Source: a virus. Taken from it: a DNA stretch of 64,000 bases. Both the position numbers and the translations under genes were made by a program. Shown one piece after another: positions 39,917-50,300 of the stretch. Numbering within the stretch: position 1 is the stretch's first letter; each line of letters opens with the position of its first letter. The stretch covers positions 10,199 to 74,198 of IMG/VR virus record IMGVR_UViG_3300009149_000001; one strand, 5' to 3'. The notes beneath the pieces are model-generated. The model was given only the letters and a program-made list of their open reading frames with translations. It ran no database searches and was not told the DNA's origin.

Positions 39917-40136
39917 GGGGCGGGCACTACATAAGCAGTTTTGGTCGGCCCTAAAATGTATATTCTTTGGGCGGGCCCTACAATAGGGGGTTTTGGTGGA
40001 CTAAAATGGGGCGGTCACTACAATAGAACTCTTCACCGGCCCTAAGGTTCCTTTGTCGGGCCCTACAATAGCAGTTTGGACGTGGCCAAAAGTGCTTTAC
40101 CGTCCCCCTGACCGACCGGGTCACTATATAGCAAAC
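39917..40136. repeat. Degenerate ~42-bp tandem repeats (GGGCGGKCMCTACAATAG....TTTGG..GGCCCTAAA)
   Basis: Units at ~39917, 39968, 40008, 40054, 40115; further copies near 40668 and 40744. Confidence 0.75.
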
Positions 40137-40264
40137 ACAAGACATATATGAACCACAGCAGGCCTATACGCAGCTATATAGAACTATATAGTTAAGGCGG
40201 GTAAAGTGTTCCACCGATTAGTCAGAGGAAAATATTTATATAGTAGTTTTGTTAATAATATGTA

Positions 40265-40609
40265 ATGACAAATCAAGTAAAAGTTCCAATGGGTCCAGTT
40301 GAGGCAAAACCTGCAACTAAGACTATTGGGGCAAAGAAAGGCGTAGTAGAGTCATTTGAGGACTTAAAGGGACAACAAGTACCAACCGGTGCAGAAATGT
40401 CTACAGGTTCTAATGGGGCTTTAATCGTCAAAATCTTTCAGGCATATCCTGACACTGTATTCACACAGAGACAGTTCGTGGACAGATTGGACATTTCAAA
40501 TCCGTTCGTCAACCACATTCTACACGGGCTAATGAAAAAGGGCATTGTGAGCAGAGTCGGCAGTCCTAGAAAGTACTATTATTCATTAGTAGTCAAATCG
40601 GTCCAATAG
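40265..40609 (+). CDS. Winged-helix protein, paralog C
   Basis: SFEDL.GQ, YP.T.FTQ, VNHIL, RVGSP..YY. Confidence 0.8.
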   Translation: MTNQVKVPMGPVEAKPATKTIGAKKGVVESFEDLKGQQVPTGAEMSTGSNGALIVKIFQAYPDTVFTQRQFVDRLDISNPFVNHILHGLMKKGIVSRVGSPRKYYYSLVVKSVQ

Positions 40610-40883
40610 GGCCTTTTTTTTATTTACGGTAGAGGGGGCACCTAGGGCATTAGTTATTCCTACTTAGCGGACACTACATAAGGGATTTTGGTGTGGCCAG
40701 AATTCATTGTGGTTTATAGGGGCAACAGATGTCTAGTAAGGGCGAGCAATACAACAGCGATTTCATTGTGGCCAAAAATTACTATTTTTCCCCCGATTAT
40801 CAATATAATAATATTTATATATTAGTAAAAGAATATATAGTAATGACAAATAGAAATAGAAAAGTCCTAAGGAGCACCAAGGC

Positions 40884-41126
40884 ATGCTGAACGATTACGT
40901 TATAGATCAAGCAATGTTTGACTGTGGCGAGATTATCAGTTATGCAATGGTAATGCGTAGAGAGCTAATAAAGGCAATGAAAGATACTACAGATCTTGCA
41001 GATTCAGTCTGTGAGATCATGGATGACTATCTTCCGGCCATTATGAGTACGGCTATGAAAATCAATGCAGAGCACCAAGAGGACATGAAAAACCTACTAG
41101 AACACAAGTGTGAGGGCAACCTATGA
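40884..41126 (+). CDS. Hypothetical protein
   Basis: ORF in the early operon. Confidence 0.5.
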   Translation: MLNDYVIDQAMFDCGEIISYAMVMRRELIKAMKDTTDLADSVCEIMDDYLPAIMSTAMKINAEHQEDMKNLLEHKCEGNL

Positions 41127-41488
41127 TCACTGTGGACGGTATGAGTCAAGCTGACTTAATCAAGTCGTTTGCTGGCTTAGAACAAACCGAGTTACCTACT
41201 AGAGGTGAAGTTAAATCACTCAAGTCACAGGGTAAAGTCAAGTCAAAGCGTCGTATTGCGATGATTCCAAAGCACAGAAAACCATCACAGGTTTCTGGTC
41301 ACAATTTGAACAAACGAATTGAGGCAGCAGACAAGCTATGGAAGAACACATGGATGTCACAACGAGGTGTCTTATTAAGACACGTTGGAGTCCAGTTCGA
41401 CGAAGAGATGACAGCTTTAGCAAACTGTGTCGAGTGTCCCCAAATCGTGGTAGACTTTTTTATGAACCACGGAGGTCTAAAGAGATGA
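41123..41488 (+). CDS. Hypothetical protein with the same N-terminal SF..LE motif as the wHTH paralogs
   Basis: LIKSFAGLEQ. Confidence 0.5.
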   Translation: MITVDGMSQADLIKSFAGLEQTELPTRGEVKSLKSQGKVKSKRRIAMIPKHRKPSQVSGHNLNKRIEAADKLWKNTWMSQRGVLLRHVGVQFDEEMTALANCVECPQIVVDFFMNHGGLKR

Positions 41489-41576
41489 CCGATGAATATC
41501 AAGTTAGATCAGACATGGAACAAGTTAGAGCTATCATAGCAATGATAACTATTCCTTGTCTAAAGAGGAGGGAGGC

Positions 41577-41876
41577 ATGAAGAGCTTTCCTAGTAAGTAC
41601 AAAGGCAAGTGCAATACTTGCAATGGACCTATTCCAGCGGGCACCATGATCAACTGGTCCCGTGAATTAGGGGCATTCCATGTCAATTGTGAAGTCATTA
41701 TTGATGGCAAATCACAGCAAACATTGGCAGATGAATGGGATCGTGAACACGCCAACGAACCAACTTGTTTAGATCGTTTCGAGGCAATGAGAGTCGATCC
41801 AGTGTACAAAGATGTACCAGAAGATGCAATCTATACCTATGCATCCCAGGATACGAGGAGGAATCCATACCGATGA
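41577..41876 (+). CDS. Zinc-ribbon protein (KY.GKC..C...I..G..I.W...H..C)
   Basis: Recognisable phage zinc motif; GGAGG upstream. Confidence 0.6.
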   Translation: MKSFPSKYKGKCNTCNGPIPAGTMINWSRELGAFHVNCEVIIDGKSQQTLADEWDREHANEPTCLDRFEAMRVDPVYKDVPEDAIYTYASQDTRRNPYR

Positions 41877-42166
41877 CTCGTATCATGTGTGGTATTCATG
41901 GGGAGGTTGAGTCAACTACATGGGAAGGGGAACAAGTATGTCCTTGGCATCAAAGAGTGTCACAGTCCGAAGAAGGACCTGTCTTCATGTACGAAGAGTT
42001 CAATCAGGATGGGGAAGAATGGTAGCACCACCCCTTAACATAGGAGAGAGAGAGGAGGACGGAGTCGTCCTTCAATGACCTTCAAACTTTTTTCTTATCA
42101 TTTCATGCGAGTGTTCGAAGGAACATTCATTTTCACTAATGACGAGTTAGAGGAGGTGGGACTAGG

Positions 42167-42418
42167 ATAGACGAACCATCACGAGTCGAATATAGTGGAT
42201 ATGGCTACGACCACCACGGTATAGCAGTTACAGTAACACTTGAGGACATTGGCAAATATGCTGAAGAAGTCAAGAAAGAACTAAAGGAGACACATCCTGA
42301 GGGGTACACTGTAGCTACCATGATAGCTCAAACCGGGCTTTTCAAGTTACAAGATAACTTACCGTCGTGGTTAGACATAGACACGTCGGACTGTATGGAA
42401 ACATACAGTGTCGACTGA
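42167..42418 (+). CDS. 83-aa protein with ATA start (missed by the ORF track)
   Basis: Open frame (M)DEPSRVEYSGYGYDHHG...; GGAGGTG 8 nt upstream; ATAG overlap with the upstream stop. Confidence 0.65.
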   Translation: MDEPSRVEYSGYGYDHHGIAVTVTLEDIGKYAEEVKKELKETHPEGYTVATMIAQTGLFKLQDNLPSWLDIDTSDCMETYSVD

Positions 42419-42468
42419 CGGCCTACTTTATATACATAGGGCAGGTAAATCTTGCCTAAATTTCAGTA

Positions 42469-42765
42469 ATGGAAGACACAGAATTACGAGACGCATACTG
42501 CGACCTACTAAAGGCGATGTGTCACTTCAAAATCCAGGACAACAACTTAGTCATTACAATTGACTATAGTGATCCAGGGTTTGCGGAGTGGGACTATCTC
42601 AAACTCACAGACAAGGCCTACAAGGAGACCATGAAAATGCTTTCAGAAGAAGGCAAGAAGATCTCTGATTGGGTCAGTGAGAACTTTAGAGTCAAGTATG
42701 TCGTACGCAAACCATGTAACTGTCATGTACATCATGACGAAGAATGTGACTCACTATCAATGTGA
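42469..42765 (+). CDS. Hypothetical protein
   Basis: TATA TTTATATA at ~42427. Confidence 0.55.
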   Translation: MEDTELRDAYCDLLKAMCHFKIQDNNLVITIDYSDPGFAEWDYLKLTDKAYKETMKMLSEEGKKISDWVSENFRVKYVVRKPCNCHVHHDEECDSLSM

Positions 42766-43254
42766 GCTACACCTTTTTTTCCTTGTCAAATATAACAGAT
42801 CATACAAGAGAGTGTCTTTGTCAAGATTGTGATAATGCTAAGGCTACGTTCTCATACGAACAGAGTCATGATGCAGATCCAATACTAATGGCAGTAGCAC
42901 TGTTGTTAGATACACTTGATGTCAACAGCTGTACAGTTGTGGGCTATCGAGGCAATCATTGGACTATCGAGGATAGCAGAGGATGACTAGTAGTACATTA
43001 GTCAAACCAGTCTTCCCCGAAATTCCAGACAAAGACGCAAAAGAATTACTTGTCGAACTCTATGTCACTAGTGGCAGAAAGAGAGGAGCAAGACACACAG
43101 CTGACGGTACCAACTGTCCTAAGCATAGGAGAAACTGGTATCTCAAATCCAAAGGAATGCCTACGGGCTTCTAATTTCTTTTTTTCCTAAGTGTGGCAGT
43201 AGATAAATATTTAAATATAATAAAAAGAAATAATAGTATCAATAAATAATACTT

Positions 43255-43407
43255 ATGAGCGAAGCACAAACGTCATTATTCGTTAAGTTAAGTTCAGATA
43301 GGCATGTAAAACTAAAGACCTATACAGCTCTAAACGGTCAATCGATGGTACAAGTCATCGAGGACTGGATAGACACATTGAACTTTAACTTTAAGAAAAA
43401 TGACTGA
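43255..43407 (+). CDS. Ribbon-helix-helix (ParG-like) protein
   Basis: MSEAQTSLFVKLSSDRHVKLKTYTALNGQSMVQVIEDWIDTL. Confidence 0.7.
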   Translation: MSEAQTSLFVKLSSDRHVKLKTYTALNGQSMVQVIEDWIDTLNFNFKKND

Positions 43408-43792
43408 AATAATAAGGGCTAATGCGGAATATTCATTAGGTCCAGGAGATTACAGCAGGTGTGAGTATTGTAAAAACAATGCTAAACACACTCATGGCAG
43501 TGATCCTCAACCTATCAATATGAAACCATTAAGCAGATACAAAATGATCAGTGAGCTTAAGAAGTTTTGTGATGAAGGCGAACAAGCCTTCTTCAAAAAA
43601 TCAGAAGAGTTCGAAGGTCAGGAATCTGGAACAGGTATATGGACTGGCGGTGAAGGAAGTCCATCCAAAGATGAGATGGGCTTGTGGAACTACTGGGGAG
43701 AAAACCATCCAGAGATTGATCAATTCCTCGAGACGAGGGGTTGGTACCAAGAATGGTATGATGCAGGAACAGTTATGCTGTATCCCATCTAA
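43400..43792 (+). CDS. Hypothetical phage protein
   Basis: C-terminal FL..RGWY.EWYDAGT. Confidence 0.55.
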   Translation: MTEIIRANAEYSLGPGDYSRCEYCKNNAKHTHGSDPQPINMKPLSRYKMISELKKFCDEGEQAFFKKSEEFEGQESGTGIWTGGEGSPSKDEMGLWNYWGENHPEIDQFLETRGWYQEWYDAGTVMLYPI

Positions 43793-44435
43793 CCTATTTT
43801 TTCTTGCAAACATATATAGACAGTACGGGTAATGATACAGGTATCATTATCCACAAACCAGAGCCTACTATGTATACAATGGTGAATGGATATCGCATCA
43901 AAAATTGGTGTGGATTCGGTTCAAAGTGTCCAGATAGGTGTCTCTTTCTCTCACACCCAGAGGTGTTGGAGGAAATATTCGATTCAGAGCGTAACAACCT
44001 CTAATCACTTTTTTACTTATGGAAACTAAACACGCACAAGCTATCAGGGAGACACAATGGTGTCTTCAAGAGGCATATAAGGAAGCAATACGAGTCAGTG
44101 GTATAACAGATTGGTCTGATCACGAACAAGAAGACAAGGTGTTATTAAATAGACACGTTGAAGTCTTGCAAGTAGAAATTGCAAAGATGCTTCAAACAGC
44201 ACTTCACAGTTAACATAGTTCCCAAACTTGAGCAAGTTCTACGACGACAGTCGTTACTAAGAACCTCTACGATCGAGTCGGAACGGTTAAACAACGTATT
44301 AGGAACAAATCCGGTATAAACTACAAGACACTATCCCTGTATGTAATACAGATAAGGACAAAGTTATGCCTAAACTTCCGAAGAAGTTCCACTCCAGAGT
44401 TAAGCGATGAAGGAGTAGGGCCGGAGATTACAGTA

Positions 44436-44738
44436 ATGAATATATCAGACATTATAGACGAGTGCTATAAGTGTGAACCATATCGCAAGCTTGAGAGAGC
44501 TTGTCTAAATGGTCCTGTGAAATACGAATATTCGTGTTCAGAGGAAACACAAGAAGCACTCGAAGAAGCTGATCCAACAGGTAGAGCGTTGGAGGCAAAG
44601 TGTACAAACTTAGCAGAAGTACAGGCAGCAGATGCAATCAGTGAAGAAGCATTGCACAAGCATGTTCTCGTTTGTACAGAGCATGGATGTACTCTATTAA
44701 GAGAGTATAGACACGAGCTAAAAGTTCCGGGTTATTAA
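44436..44738 (+). CDS. Hypothetical Cys-rich protein
   Basis: ORF track. Confidence 0.5.
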   Translation: MNISDIIDECYKCEPYRKLERACLNGPVKYEYSCSEETQEALEEADPTGRALEAKCTNLAEVQAADAISEEALHKHVLVCTEHGCTLLREYRHELKVPGY

Positions 44739-44790
44739 CCCACATTTTTGATGAACGTATCAACGATTCATAACGGAGGATACTAACGGT

Positions 44791-45174
44791 ATGAAAGTAC
44801 CTGCAGCATTCTTCGAAGTTAGCCCTCACTGGGCTAAAGCAATTAGTGAAGCAAAGACAGTAAAAGAACTATCTGGCAATAAAGATAGTGGCGGATCAGT
44901 CCGAGAATTTGGCGATCGCTCTATTCAAAATGCACAGAGCTGTATAGTCGGCGAAGCACACCACAATACATTCAAGTGGGGTAGCTGCCAAGAATGCGAT
45001 GCATTCAGCAGTCGATTCGGTGACATTCTCACAGGAGAATTAGACACCAAAGGCAATAGAAAACAACAGTTAGTTCAAAATATCACTGACTTCACATCTC
45101 ATTGGAGAGAGGAGCACAATCCTTTAGTTCACTTAGACATTGAAACTGAAGATGAGCTTCCAGTCATACCTTGA
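44791..45174 (+). CDS. Hypothetical zinc-binding protein
   Basis: CIVGEAH..C..C..HW..EH. Confidence 0.55.
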   Translation: MKVPAAFFEVSPHWAKAISEAKTVKELSGNKDSGGSVREFGDRSIQNAQSCIVGEAHHNTFKWGSCQECDAFSSRFGDILTGELDTKGNRKQQLVQNITDFTSHWREEHNPLVHLDIETEDELPVIP

Positions 45175-45449
45175 ATAGTGTGACATCCAAACTTTTTATT
45201 AAAAGTTTCGAGACATTGCTTAAAGGTTATAACGACTCATACGGTCGAATGACAGATGACAACATGACAAAACTTGTTCCAACCGTCAAGAAAGACGGTG
45301 ACAACTATAACATATGGAATACAGATGATCGAGTAATGGGTCACGTGTTAATCGAATTAGTCATAGCTGCAACAAAACATATGTGCGGTGGCTCATACTA
45401 TGTCGATTATAACCAAACAGCCAAGAGATTGGAAATCCATATTTTTTAA

Positions 45450-46075
45450 GGCCCAGAGTACTAACACTACCTGGAATGTTTTAAAGAAAGACACAGCGAC
45501 CTCGACTTGATTTCGAGCGAGAGTTCCTGGGGAGACAGAGTAAGCTAGTCAAATGATTAGTCCTACCCCTTCCGAATATACAATGAGCGATCTAGTTCAG
45601 CCAAAAACATACCTAACTCTGATCATAAACGGATAATGCCGCATGAACAGCAGTACACACTAGTGGGATAAGTTGGTTGCTTCCCATACAGGCAGAATGA
45701 CCTCGTTTGAGTATAATAGAGAATGGTCAAGTGAGTTAAGGGCATCTATGCCACCGTCGATTAGGACCTTAAACCGACGATATTAAATAGATAGCGTGCA
45801 TACTCTTACAAAAAGGCGCGTACGGCGAATCAGTAAATACTTTTGTATGGATGTAATAGATTCAGTCAGGAGGTTGAAGGCACATCACCAACAACCTTAG
45901 GCTGGGTCGATGATTTATAGTCATTAAGATGTAGCAGTTGCAACTGTGCGAACTGAGATAACTTCTTTCGTGGCAGGTGTATTAAAGCAGAGGCCTTGTG
46001 GAGCGGGGTATGAGCAACAACAACTCATAATCCGTGTCGAAACATGGTTGCTGGGGAGATCACCTTTCACCACTT
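45450..46075. ncRNA. Candidate large (~600 nt) structured ncRNA
   Basis: No ORF of 60 aa or more across 45450-46033 in an otherwise gene-dense genome; at least 9 stems; raised GC. Confidence 0.6.
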
Positions 46076-46145
46076 CTATTAAACACCTTTAACCTATTAT
46101 GGACATTAGATAAATCTTTATATAATATAAAAATTAATAATACTT

Positions 46146-46439
46146 ATGAAAGAAAAATCCGAGAGCTCGGTAATAGCTTCTTTCAAAGAACTAGAGGGTC
46201 AAACACCTGTTGTGTCACAATCAGCAGGCCAATTGATTCTATCTATTGCAAAGAAAGCACCTAAAACAGCTTTCAACCAAAAGATGTTCAGAGAAAAAAT
46301 GCTAGAGATTGAAGGAGCTGCAACAAGCAATCCTGCAATTAATGGAGCCTTAAGAAAATTAGCCGATGGTGGTCTTATCGAAAGAGAAGTCCAAGGGAAG
46401 CATGTCTTTTACAGACATATTAAAGCAACAACAAAATAG
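46146..46439 (+). CDS. Winged-helix protein, paralog D
   Basis: SFKELEGQ, P.TAF.Q, SNP.IN..L..L...G.I.R; leaderless TATA promoter. Confidence 0.75.
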   Translation: MKEKSESSVIASFKELEGQTPVVSQSAGQLILSIAKKAPKTAFNQKMFREKMLEIEGAATSNPAINGALRKLADGGLIEREVQGKHVFYRHIKATTK

Positions 46440-46486
46440 TCAAAGTCAAGTAAAACTTAAACTTTGAATTATTTTTTTTTTTAATT

Positions 46487-46741
46487 ATGAGCGTTAAAAA
46501 TAATATTAGCATATTGGGTGTTGGATCCATTATTATTGGTCTTATATCATGGTCATTTAGTCTATGGGTAGAAGGTTTCTACTTCATACTAATTGGTCTT
46601 GCTATGGCAGTAATCCAGATGTTCTGGGGTACTTCAGGCAAATTCCAAGAAGTATTGGATAAGCACACAGGTGCATATGATCATGAACTTAGTAACAGTC
46701 CAAAGGACAAACCAACAAAGCCACAGAGGAGACAGTGGTAG
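46487..46741 (+). CDS. 2-TM membrane protein
   Basis: Two hydrophobic helices; overlaps the HerA-like gene. Confidence 0.6.
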   Translation: MSVKNNISILGVGSIIIGLISWSFSLWVEGFYFILIGLAMAVIQMFWGTSGKFQEVLDKHTGAYDHELSNSPKDKPTKPQRRQW

Positions 46742-47709
46742 GTTTTCTTAATATAGGTACAAGGTTACCTGAAGAGTATATTACAAGACGATGTGCCATA
46801 CTGGCAAAAGTCGATTCTGGTAAAACATATACTGCAGGTAAGATTCAAGAGCAGATGGCCAAGAAAGGTTTACCCTTTGTGGTCATAGATCCAATGGGAG
46901 CTCATTGGGGTATCAGGACTAAATATCCTGTGTTAATCCTAGGTGGTGCTCATGGAGATCTTGAACTTCAGCCTGGGGATGGAAGGTACATAGCCGGTTT
47001 GGTTGTGGCCCAAAATCTCACTTGCATCCTTGATATCAATGAGTTTTCAAAGGACAATCAGCAAAGATTTGCAGCTGACTTTGGAGACGAACTTTTCCTA
47101 TTGCACAAGAAGACATCTAGTCCAAGACATCTATTCTGGGAGGAAGCCGATATATTCGCACCCCAGAGAGGAACTGCTATGTCATTGCAGGTCTTGGATA
47201 CCTTAGTTAGACGGGGACGGCAATTCGGGCTGGGCAGTACACTTATCACCCAGCGTCCAGCCGTTCTCAATAAAGACGTATTAACACAAGCAGACATTTA
47301 CTTATTCCTAAACATTATCGAGGAGGGAGCAATCAAGGTAGTAAAAGATCTACTGTCAGTTGTATCCAAAGAAGAGCGTAAGATGTACATAGACAGTATG
47401 AAAGCCTTCAAAAAAGGCGAGATGTTGTTATATAGTCCAGCTTGGTTGCAGAAGATTAAGATCTTCCAAGGAGCAAAGAAGGAGACATACCACGCAGGAG
47501 CAACACCGGTATATGGGGAGACTCAAAAGATTCCCACTCTATTGAAATACGAAACAATGCATATTAAAAATGCGTTGAATAAATTAGCAGGTAATGAGGA
47601 AGAGTGTAACAGCAGGCCAATCATTGAGGAGAAAGACCTTAAAGCCTTGAAACCGGTTATATTCATTTCAGCAGCTATAATAGCAGTAACAATGGCGATG
47701 ATACTATGA
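46735..47709 (+). CDS. HerA/FtsK-family ATPase (DUF87) with C-terminal TM helix
   Basis: AKVDSGKT, VVIDPMG, Walker B WEEAD.FAP, GRQFGLG...ITQRPA. Confidence 0.85.
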   Translation: MVGFLNIGTRLPEEYITRRCAILAKVDSGKTYTAGKIQEQMAKKGLPFVVIDPMGAHWGIRTKYPVLILGGAHGDLELQPGDGRYIAGLVVAQNLTCILDINEFSKDNQQRFAADFGDELFLLHKKTSSPRHLFWEEADIFAPQRGTAMSLQVLDTLVRRGRQFGLGSTLITQRPAVLNKDVLTQADIYLFLNIIEEGAIKVVKDLLSVVSKEERKMYIDSMKAFKKGEMLLYSPAWLQKIKIFQGAKKETYHAGATPVYGETQKIPTLLKYETMHIKNALNKLAGNEEECNSRPIIEEKDLKALKPVIFISAAIIAVTMAMIL

Positions 47710-48763
47710 GAATTAATGAACTAGAAGAAGCAAGACTTCGTGAGCTATACGAACAAGCCAACGATAAAGATGATGATCCATCCTGGCAACTAATTCGTAG
47801 CTACTACGATACATTAGGTAAGAAGTATGGCTTTGATCCAAGACGTGTTATGATTAATACAAAGGGTGAGGTTACAAAGAGGTCTTACGAGACAGTGTAT
47901 GTAGTACATGACTCAGCCAAGTCAGTACCAATAGCAGTATATAGAACTAAACAACAAGCTATGGAACATAGCATGAATGAGCCAACACTTCATTGGGATG
48001 AGGTTGGTCTTTACTAACTTTAACTTGGAAAATAAAAAATTATTTGAATTGGTCGTCGTAAGACGAGTAAGAGATGGCAAACTTAAATGTGAGTTTGAAA
48101 CAGAGTTAACCTGTGATGATAATGTTGATGTATTCAATGTTATCGAGCAGCTTAACAATTCTATCACGAGATGCTTCAATGTATTACGTGAAAAGCCAAT
48201 AACAGATTTACAGTAAACGATTACAAGGCAGGATCCAGGTCTCAGACCTAACGTAGGATATACGGAAAACCCAGTGCCGAAAATATCATAAGTTTACAAA
48301 GGAGTCGGAAGAAAGCATGCATTGATAGAGTTCCACACGAGCCCCTTAGTGCGTATCCTTTCGACCCTTTATTCCAGTTAACAGACGGTAGTATTAATTA
48401 CACTACCAGTTGACAGTAGATCTGACTAGTCATGATGACGCATTTAGCTATGTAAGCCGGTACATCCCACTACTCAGACTACTATATTACAATGAACTAT
48501 TTAATACAATGCGCTTATGGTGACACAGAATGTGATCCAGAGGGCAATGAACCAAAACAGATGTGTGATGAACACAGCAGGGATTGGCATGACGCAAGAG
48601 CGGAGTCGTACAATGACCTTGATTAGAGGCCTAAAATGTTAGCCATAGGTAACGGCGAGAAGTGTCCTTGGTGTGATTTAATTGTCACTGAGGATACAGA
48701 TGTTACTACACACATGACGGAGAATCATAGGACAGAGTTTATGAAGGAGGTCTTCGGAAACTA

Positions 48764-49054
48764 ATGTTTCAAGATCCTTATCTCCCTCCTGGGTGTACAA
48801 CATCAATGTGTGAACCAGATGATGATCCATGTGCAAGATGTGGACATTTTTACAGTGCACACTATGATCCAGATAGCGGTGAGGTAATAGCATTACCTTG
48901 TCAGCGAGATCATATAGGTTATGATGCTGAAGGTCCTGAGCTTAACTCAGAGGGCGAAGTAGTACATGCATGTGATGCTGTTATTAATAATCGAACTAAA
49001 GAACAATGCGAATGCGAAGGTTACTTAGAGGGAGAGTATTGTCCTGATGAGTAA
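48764..49054 (+). CDS. Cys-rich protein
   Basis: LPPGC, C..CGH...H, C.C..Y. Confidence 0.5.
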   Translation: MFQDPYLPPGCTTSMCEPDDDPCARCGHFYSAHYDPDSGEVIALPCQRDHIGYDAEGPELNSEGEVVHACDAVINNRTKEQCECEGYLEGEYCPDE

Positions 49055-49617
49055 TTGTGCATGTGGCGCGAATCATGTGGATGAGGGGTTTAAATTATGA
49101 ACGAATATAAAAATCATATCTTTCTAATTGAGAGTAAGACCGAGTCAGTGGTTGAGGTAACCTTCAAACAAGCTTTAATCGGACTTGAGTGGTACAATCG
49201 GGATATAGATATTACTGATAGTTTAGCACTTGGTGCTGAGTATTTCACTCGATGTTTTCCAGAGCTATGTATGGATACAGAAGATACACATAGTGAGGTA
49301 ACAGGTATCATAGGACCAGTAAATCTTGTTGAGTGATCAAGAAATATTCACACATCTACGTCATGATATTAGACTTAGAGAAAAAAATCTAATTTGTTTA
49401 GATTGTAAAATAATATTATCACGCTGGGACGAGTGAGAGAGAGACACATACTAATGAACGAATCAAATGAATGTCAAGCAACTGATTGTCAGAATATAGG
49501 ACACCGAGTGAAGGCTGTAATAGCCTTTGATGACAAACCTGATGAGATACATACAATATGGTATTGTCAGATGCATCAATCCTTAACTGCAGCTCGTAAA
49601 GGGTTTAAAAATTAGAC

Positions 49618-49803
49618 TTGACCGATTTTACAGAAAAAGAAATAGAGGTCTTCGAGTTCCTAGACAATCTTAGGGAATCCGGAGTTACGAATATGTTTGG
49701 TGCAGGATCATACATTAAGGAATCATTCCCTGATGTAAATTCAACCAAATATCTGTCCAAATGGATGGAAACATTCGAAGAAAGATACCCAAATGGCGAT
49801 TAG
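49618..49803 (+). CDS. Conserved small phage protein (LRESG.TNMFG motif)
   Basis: FLDNLRESGVTNMFGA. Confidence 0.6.
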   Translation: MTDFTEKEIEVFEFLDNLRESGVTNMFGAGSYIKESFPDVNSTKYLSKWMETFEERYPNGD

Positions 49804-50300
49804 ATACATAACTATATCTAATCCCTAAACCTTTTTTTCTAATAAATTCAATATATTATCATGATAGGTATTAAAGAATCAATTCACAGCGCATTAATTA
49901 CTTTGGTACTTAACAGAGAACAAGGCAAGAATTGCTTTGCACAGTTTCAATGTGAGTATTGTATGAACAAATGTACTATACCCCGAGAGGGAGAGAGTAA
50001 GTCTATATTAGGTTGTTGTCGATGTAGTGAAACAAACTATTTGACCGAGTACGAAGTGATAATAACATGAGATTAAACAATGACAATTGTTACATATATT
50101 GTAACAAGAAAACCATGCCCGGTAGATTCTATATGCAAGTCTACTTAGGGGAAGGGGTTTCGAATACTACTGAAGCATGGAAAGCGATACAATTAATAAT
50201 ACAGAACCAGAAGTAGAGTGGACAGAAACTAAACATATGATGTTTTGTGAAAGTCAAATCAACTTAGCAGGCCGGTGTACCGGATGTAGGTGTAAGTGTC

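Noticed and set aside
39917-40136. CRISPR mini-array
   Set aside because: Units are degenerate and nearly abutting, with no unique 30-40-nt spacers; no cas genes.
36439-40609. wHTH paralogs as Z-alpha (Z-DNA-binding) domains, given INHVL and GSP resembling ADAR1 INRVLY and GTPP, plus nearby CG runs
   Set aside because: The critical Tyr and Trp equivalents are absent, and the alternating CG runs are only about 6 bp.
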